DNA from: an uncultured Desulfospira sp. | GTDB taxonomy: Bacteria > Desulfobacterota > Desulfobacteria > Desulfobacterales > Desulfobacteraceae | NCBI GenBank assembly: GCA_963663165.1 | Contig: OY760175.1 | Location: 1,248,001 to 1,312,000, forward strand | Length of the DNA stretch: 64,000 nucleotides | Direction of reading: 5' to 3' | In this document: positions 58,171-64,000 of the stretch, in pieces | Numbering within the stretch: the first letter of the stretch is position 1 | Layout of the letters: each line of letters starts with the position of its first letter | The notes under the pieces: generated by a model | What the model was told of the DNA's origin: nothing | What the model saw: the letters and a program-made list of their open reading frames with translations, nothing else | Databases searched by the model: none | Position numbers and translations under genes: made by a program

Positions 58171-58719
58171 TTAATTTTTACATTTTCTGGAAAGACCGGC
58201 CAACCCCATGAGGCCCAGGCTCATCAGGGCAAACGCGGAGGGGACGGGTACCGGGCTGGTTGTAACGTTGATGGTAAAAATGATGGATTCGATATCAATT
58301 GCGGCATTATCTGAAACACTGCCGATGGTAAGGCTGAATCCCTCGCCCAGGCTGTCCCCTATAAATGTAAGGGTTGCAAGCACAAAACTGGCGGATTGGC
58401 CATCAAAGACAGCATCGTCTTCACTTAAATTAGAAATTGCACAAAGATTAACCACACCGGCGCCATTGTCGCCATAACTGTAATCACCAACATCACCAAG
58501 ATCAAAACTGCCCAATTCGTCAGTGAACACATAAGTGTCAAACGTCAAGCTTGCATCATCATAATTGAGATCCAGATCAAAACCCGCCAAGTCAGCGTTT
58601 TCCAGCCCTGAGACATTAATCTCAACCTGGTATACCGCTGCCATAGAAGCGGACGCGTTAAAAAATAAAACGGCTGTAAGACAGAGGATGGTAGTGGCGA
58701 TTTTCTTGATTAATAACAT
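58171..58719 (-). CDS. Cohesin-like domain protein with a PEP-CTERM/VPLPA-type sorting signal
   Basis: Signal peptide; VEINVSG...LAGFDLDLNYDDASLTF...VLATLTF; C-terminal PVPVPSA, TM helix, RKCK. Confidence 0.78.
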   Translation of the reverse strand: MLLIKKIATTILCLTAVLFFNASASMAAVYQVEINVSGLENADLAGFDLDLNYDDASLTFDTYVFTDELGSFDLGDVGDYSYGDNGAGVVNLCAISNLSEDDAVFDGQSASFVLATLTFIGDSLGEGFSLTIGSVSDNAAIDIESIIFTINVTTSPVPVPSAFALMSLGLMGLAGLSRKCKN

Positions 58720-59469
58720 GAGTTTTTTCCTTTTTTGTTTTTAAAATTCTTTTGGGTTGTTTCTCTAAGAGCTGTCAGCCCTTAGCTGCAAGCCTTTGGC
58801 TGCTGGCAGGATAAGGCAATCCTGAACGCCAAGGGCTGGCAGCTAAAGGCTAATGGCTTTCAGCCTTCACTTCCTTCATTTGGTCCATACGGCCACCCTT
58901 GTCAGGGGTGGCCAACTGCTGGTTCAATTTGTAACGCTGTGCTTCGAGATCGCACTACACCACAGGAAAATTAGCGGACCGTTAGTGAAACATTAAATCC
59001 CTCTAACAAATTGCTGACGAAACTCTGACAAACGGACTAACGTCAAAAGAAGATTCAGAATTCAGATACTGTGTGTTTATATTCACATTTTAGCGGGGAT
59101 TTTGATGCATTTAAGGTATGGTTATTGCTTTCAGTATAAAAATTGCCAATATCGCGAAGCGTTAATCACCAAAAATAAAAAAAGGGGCGTCTCCGGTCTC
59201 CGTCCTTCCAATTTCCCGCCTAAGCCCCAAAATTCATCTGGACCAAATTTTAAACATTTGATATAGATTTTTTTAATGGTAATTGGTAAACTAATTTCCT
59301 ACTGAAATATGCAGCATTCATTCACCCCGCTATATTAATAATGGATTTCAAGGGGGCGTGTGGGCCGGTAGAAGGCAGCTTAAAAAATCAAGTCCGCACT
59401 CATACTGGATAAAACAGGGGTTGATGTTTTAATGGGAACCCAAGATTACACTTAAGAAAGGAGAAATAA

Positions 59470-60795
59470 ATGGCAGAAACTGTCATCAAGCTTGGTAAAA
59501 AGAAAAAAACCAACACATTCCTGGAAAAGGTCAAGGAAATCCTGCCCGAGGGCGGGAATCTGAATGCCTGCCTGACCTGCGGCGCCTGCTCTTCAGGGTG
59601 CCCGGCAACGGGGCTGGCAGACATGGATCCCAGAAAATTCCTGCGCATGGCAGCCCTGGGCATGGATGAAGAGATCAAAAATTCCGACTGGCCCTGGATG
59701 TGCACCATGTGCATGCGTTGCATCTATGTCTGTCCCATGAAAATTGACATTCCCCAGCTGGTCTACAACGCCAGGGCGCTCAGGCCCAGGGAAGAACGGC
59801 CCAGGGGTATTTTAGGTTCCTGTGATGCGGCCCTCAAGCACGATACCGGATCAGCCATGGCCGCCTCTGAAGAAGACTTTGAATTTGTTGTGGATGATGT
59901 CCTTGAAGAGTACCGGGAAGCCCAGCCCGAGTTTGCTGAAATGGAAGCGCCCATTGACAAGGAAGGGGCTGAATTTTTTCTGAACCAGAACTCCAGAGAA
60001 CCGGTAACCGAACCCGATGAAATGGTCCCCTTATGGAAAATTCTTCACACCGCCGGCGTTGACTGGACTTACGGGTCCAAAGGCTGGGGCGGTGAGAACT
60101 ACTGCATGTTCCTGGCAGACGATGAGTCCTGGAAAAAACTGGCGTCCACCACCATCGGACAAGCCAAAAAGCTGGGGTGTAAAACATACCTCAATACCGA
60201 GTGAGGGCACGTAACCTTTTCGGTCCGGGCCGGAGCGAAAAAATTTGGTATTGATCATGAAGGTATGGAAATCAAAAACATCTACGAGTACTACGCAAAA
60301 TGGATCCGCGAGGGCAGACTCAAACCCAGTTCAGACTGGAACAAGGACTTAAAGATTAAGTTCACGGTCCAGGATCCCTGCCAGATCGTTCGGAAAAGCT
60401 ATGGTGATCCCATTGCCGATGACCTGCGGTTTGTGGTCAAATCCATTGTAGGCGAAGAAAACTTTGTGGACATGCAGCCCAACCGTTCCAACAACTACTG
60501 TTGCGGCGGCGGGGGCGGATTCCTGCAGTCAGGCTTTAAAGACGAACGGCTTCAATACGGAAGGATCAAAGACCAGCAGATTAAGGCCACCGGCGCAGAT
60601 TACTGCATTGCCGCCTGCCATAACTGCCATGCCCAGATCCACGAGCTGTCCGAACATTACGGCGGCGAGTATCCGGTAGTTCACCTGTGGACCCTGCTTT
60701 GCCTGTCCCTTGGCATCCTTGGTCCCAATGAAAGAGAGTACCTTGACGACCGGCTCAAGGACGTGGCGGTTTTTCATCCGGAAACGGAAATGTAA
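59470..60795 (+). CDS. HdrD/GlpC-like Fe-S protein (2x[4Fe-4S] plus CCG domains), selenocysteine at TGA 60202-60204
   Basis: CLTCGACSSGCP, CTMCMRCIYVCP; NTE-U-GH in place of ECGH; in-frame QDPC, CCGGGGG, CHNC; hairpin after the UGA. Confidence 0.88.
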
Positions 60796-60903
60796 GCAAG
60801 AAACTAGAGACAAGATACAAGAAACAAGATTCGAGCAAGAAACAAGAGGGCGGTCTCTTCCCCCTCTTGTTTCTTGTTTCCAGTCTCTTGTTTCTTGTTT
60901 CCA
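60795..60903. repeat. Inverted heptamer arrays (ACAAGAA/ACAAGAG)
   Basis: CAAGAAACTAGAGACAAGATACAAGAAACAAG...CTCTTGTTTCTTGTTTCCAG. Confidence 0.8.
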
Positions 60904-61040
60904 GCAATCCTGAAGGCGGCCACCCCAAAGGGGATTCCCACCACTGTTAGACACAAAAGCCCGCCGAGCAGCAGCCAGAGAATCCATGAAAAAAATCCGC
61001 CGCCCAGGACAAACCAGAGAATATTGAGCAATAATGTCAT
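60900..61040 (-). pseudogene. YccF-domain fragment truncated at the heptamer array
   Basis: LLNILWFVLGGG...CLTVVGIPFGVAAFRIA, then runs into repeat-derived sequence. Confidence 0.75.
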
Positions 61041-61351
61041 TGGGGTTTCCTTTTACCATCTGTCTTTTTTTTCCGTTAAAAAGGACCACATGGGGTAAAA
61101 CTTTAATCACTCTGACATTGATTGGCAAGGTATACTCTTTAGGCTTTAGACCCTGGACTTCAGACTTTAGACTAAAAGGCCCTAAGACAATCTCAAGTCC
61201 CATATCCCAAACCCCAAGTCCCCCCCATGTCCCATGTCCCAAGTCTCTAACACAAATCAGTTGACAAAATCCACACAAACGAGTAATCCATTACCGTTTT
61301 GTTCTTTTATACCAGTACAATCATTAACCTATTGAACAAGGAGCAGGGAAA

Positions 61352-62392
61352 ATGAGAAAAGGAATTTGCCAAAAAGCCCGTTTGGTGTCGATCTTGGCTG
61401 TGGTTTTGTTTTTTGGTGCAGGCTGTTTATCCCCGGTGTTTGCCGACAGGCCCAAATTCGGGCACGTGGCCCCGCCCTTTCACGGCCAGGCCAAAGGTGC
61501 CGAGGCTTTTGCCGCCTATATAAAGGAAAAGACCCAAGGCAAAATCGACATGGCCACTTTTCCGGCAGGCCAGCTCGGAGGAGAACGCTCCCTTGCCGAA
61601 CAGGTTCAGGCCGGGACCCTTCAGGTGGCCACCATTACCACAGCCGTCCTTCAGAATTTCATTCCCCAGTGCGCCATCATGGACATGCCCTTTATTTTCC
61701 CCGACAGGCAAACCTTGTACGCCACACTGGACGACCAGGAGGTTCAGGACAAACTCTTTTCCCTGTTCCCTAAAAAAGGGTTCATTGCCATTGGCTGGAC
61801 GGAAAATGAAATCCGTGATTTCACCAACACCAAAAGGCCTGTCAGAACCCCTGACGATATCAAGGGCCTTAAGGTCAGGGTCATGAATTCCCCAGTCTAC
61901 CTGGATACCTTTAAACAGCTGGGGGCATCGCCTGTGGCCATCCCCTTTCCTGAAATCTACAACGCCCTTCAGACCGGCGTGATCGATGCCCAGGAAAACC
62001 CCATCATGACATCCATTCTCATGAAATTTACCGAGGTCACCAAATACGTGACAAGAACCCAGCATTGCGTAACCGAATGCGTCATTGTGGTCAGCCCGGC
62101 CTACTGGGCCACCCTGTCCAAGTCGGAACAGGAAATTTTCCGGCTGGCCGCCAAGGTATGCGTTGAAACCAACCGGAATGTGAATGCAGACCTTCACCAG
62201 GCCCTTCCCAAGTCCAATATCTCCGTTGATGAGTACGCCAAACAAAACCAGATCGAGATCATTGACCTGACGCCGGAGCAGCGGGAAAACTTCAGACAGG
62301 CCATGACACCGGTATGGGATAAGTATCGTAAAAAAATCGGGGGCGACCTGTTTGACTTTATCCTGGAAAAAATCAAATCCCACAGCCATTAA
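61352..62392 (+). CDS. dctP: TRAP transporter substrate-binding protein
   Basis: FPAGQLGGE, DIKGLKVRVM, EIYNALQTGVIDAQENP. Confidence 0.93.
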   Translation: MRKGICQKARLVSILAVVLFFGAGCLSPVFADRPKFGHVAPPFHGQAKGAEAFAAYIKEKTQGKIDMATFPAGQLGGERSLAEQVQAGTLQVATITTAVLQNFIPQCAIMDMPFIFPDRQTLYATLDDQEVQDKLFSLFPKKGFIAIGWTENEIRDFTNTKRPVRTPDDIKGLKVRVMNSPVYLDTFKQLGASPVAIPFPEIYNALQTGVIDAQENPIMTSILMKFTEVTKYVTRTQHCVTECVIVVSPAYWATLSKSEQEIFRLAAKVCVETNRNVNADLHQALPKSNISVDEYAKQNQIEIIDLTPEQRENFRQAMTPVWDKYRKKIGGDLFDFILEKIKSHSH

Positions 62393-62449
62393 TGGCACAC
62401 AGGGTTTAATTCACCCTCTTTTTTTCAACCATTACACTTTTTTTTAAAC

Positions 62450-62929
62450 ATGTTAAATAAAATTGAAAAGGCAGTCCTGGTATGGACCATACTGGGACTT
62501 GCCTTTATTGGATTCATTCAGGTCATCACCCGGTACGCCTTTAACTATTCGTTTACCTGGTATGAGGAGTTTGGCCGGTATGCCGGGGTGTTTGTGGCCT
62601 ATGCCGGGGCCTGTACCGGGGTTAAAACCGGCGGCCATTTTGCCATGGACCTTATGGTCACCCGGTTGAGACATCCCTGGAAGACCGGGGTAAAAACATT
62701 TACCGCGCTCCTTTCCGCCGCCTTTTTTGTGGTGGTGGCGTTTTACTCCTGGGAAATCGTTTTCCGCATGTACGGTTTCGGGACCACGTCTTCGACCATG
62801 CAGATTCCCATGTACATCGCCTATCTGCCCATTCCGGTTTTTTCAGGCTTTGCCGCCATCCGGTACCTGATCCAGGCCGGCACCACAGGCCGCCACTTTT
62901 TCAATTCCCCCAAAGAGGACGTCCGATGA
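62450..62929 (+). CDS. dctQ: TRAP transporter small permease
   Basis: QVITRY...WYEEFGRY...GHFAMD. Confidence 0.9.
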   Translation: MLNKIEKAVLVWTILGLAFIGFIQVITRYAFNYSFTWYEEFGRYAGVFVAYAGACTGVKTGGHFAMDLMVTRLRHPWKTGVKTFTALLSAAFFVVVAFYSWEIVFRMYGFGTTSSTMQIPMYIAYLPIPVFSGFAAIRYLIQAGTTGRHFFNSPKEDVR

Positions 62930-64000
62930 TCCTGACCATCTGCCTTTGTTTTTCTATTCTCCTGTTTTTAGGCCTTCCCATTGCCATTATCCTGGGCGTG
63001 ACCACCCTGGTCTGCCTGGTGGGCTTTACCTCGACGCCGCTGCAGATCATTACCCAGCAATTGTTCAATGCCCTGGATAAATTTGTGCTCCTGGCCATCC
63101 CGTTTTTTATCCTGGCAGGGGCCATCATGACCCGTGGGGGGATTGCCAGAAAGCTGATCAATTTTGTCAATGCCATGGTGGGCTGGTTTCCCGGGGGTCT
63201 TGCCATGGCCGGTATCCTGGCCTGCATTTTTTTTGCCGCCATTTCAGGATCTTCTCCGGCCACGGTGGTGGCCATCGGCTCCATCATGATTCCGGCCCTG
63301 GCCCGGGCCGGGTATGACCGGCGGTTTTCCTTAGGACTGATAACGGTGTCCGGATCACTTGGCATTGTAATCCCGCCGTCCATTCCCATGATCCTTTACT
63401 GCCTGGTCATGAACACGTCGGTGGCCAGGATCTTCATGGCCGGGATACTGCCCGGACTGCTCATCGGGTTCTTTTTAATGGTCTACACCTATTTCATGGC
63501 CAGAAAACACAACTGGCGCATTGAAAATAAAGCCTCCATTCGGGACCTTGCCAGAACCGCCAAAGAGGGGATCTGGGCGTTGCTGCTCCCCCTTATTGTT
63601 CTGGGGGGCATCTATTCAGGGATGTTCACCCCCACCGAGGCGGCCGCTGTCTCCGTGGTCTATGCCCTGTTTGTGGAGCTGTTCATTTACAAGGAATTCA
63701 AGTTTTCCCAGATCACGGATATCTGTCAGGAGGCGGCGGTCCTGTCTGCCTGTCTGCTGTTTATTTTATCCACGGCCATGACCTTTATCTGGCTGCTGAC
63801 GGCCCAGGAAATCCCCCAGCAGATGGCGGATATCATTATCCGCCACATCCACAGCCCCTGGGTTTTTCTTTTTACGGTCAACGTTCTGTTTCTTATCATG
63901 GGCTGTTTCATGGACGATGTCTCGGCCATGCTCATTCTGGCCCCGATTTTTCTGGAAACCTTAAACCGGTATCACATTGATCTTGTCCACTTCGGGATTA
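62926..64000 (+). CDS. dctM: TRAP transporter large permease (runs off the window)
   Basis: LLAIPFFILAG, AISGSSPAT, GIVIPPSIPMI, GMFTPTEAAAV. Confidence 0.92.
   Translation, partial: MILTICLCFSILLFLGLPIAIILGVTTLVCLVGFTSTPLQIITQQLFNALDKFVLLAIPFFILAGAIMTRGGIARKLINFVNAMVGWFPGGLAMAGILACIFFAAISGSSPATVVAIGSIMIPALARAGYDRRFSLGLITVSGSLGIVIPPSIPMILYCLVMNTSVARIFMAGILPGLLIGFFLMVYTYFMARKHNWRIENKASIRDLARTAKEGIWALLLPLIVLGGIYSGMFTPTEAAAVSVVYALFVELFIYKEFKFSQITDICQEAAVLSACLLFILSTAMTFIWLLTAQEIPQQMADIIIRHIHSPWVFLFTVNVLFLIMGCFMDDVSAMLILAPIFLETLNRYHIDLVHFGI

Noticed and set aside
60202..60204. Nonsense mutation or pseudogene
   Set aside because: The position matches a conserved Cys and a SECIS-like hairpin follows
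60529..61278. 249-aa minus-strand ORF
   Set aside because: Built from heptamer repeats and antisense coding sequence
61427..62398. 323-aa minus-strand ORF (likewise 18016-18855, 47617-48423, 29836-30510)
   Set aside because: Antisense shadows of clearly identified genes

Overview
The gene content (HdrD-like selenoprotein, PPDK, TRAP transporter, PilB, DUF4388-PilZ) suggests an anaerobic Desulfobacteraceae-like deltaproteobacterium; this assignment is inference. About 1-23.9 kb is an accessory island abutting the 3' end of tRNA-Leu(TAA). It holds a decayed Xre / CHC2-primase / tyrosine-recombinase / Fic element ending in a dif-like structured region; Rhs polymorphic-toxin modules (one N-truncated giant Rhs, an orphan Cys-rich C-terminus, three ~105-aa membrane immunity-like genes); TA pairs; recurring GGGGTC 'stutter' junctions; and several transposable elements. 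One of these is a 4.2-kb TG...CA transposon with a 5-bp TSD that encodes a DDE transposase, an ExeA-like ATPase and its own RepB'-type primase. About 24-64 kb is mostly core or semi-core: maf, yggS, queH, FIST-GGDEF, PilB-cNMP, ABC-F, ppdK, an AraC/TonB/ABC metal-uptake locus, PPDK regulatory protein, a cohesin-CTERM / YibE-F / dockerin-phosphoesterase cluster, a Sec-containing Fe-S protein and dctPQM. MITEs, REP-like palindromes and heptamer repeats are interspersed. All family calls come from motif recognition by eye; no database searches were run.
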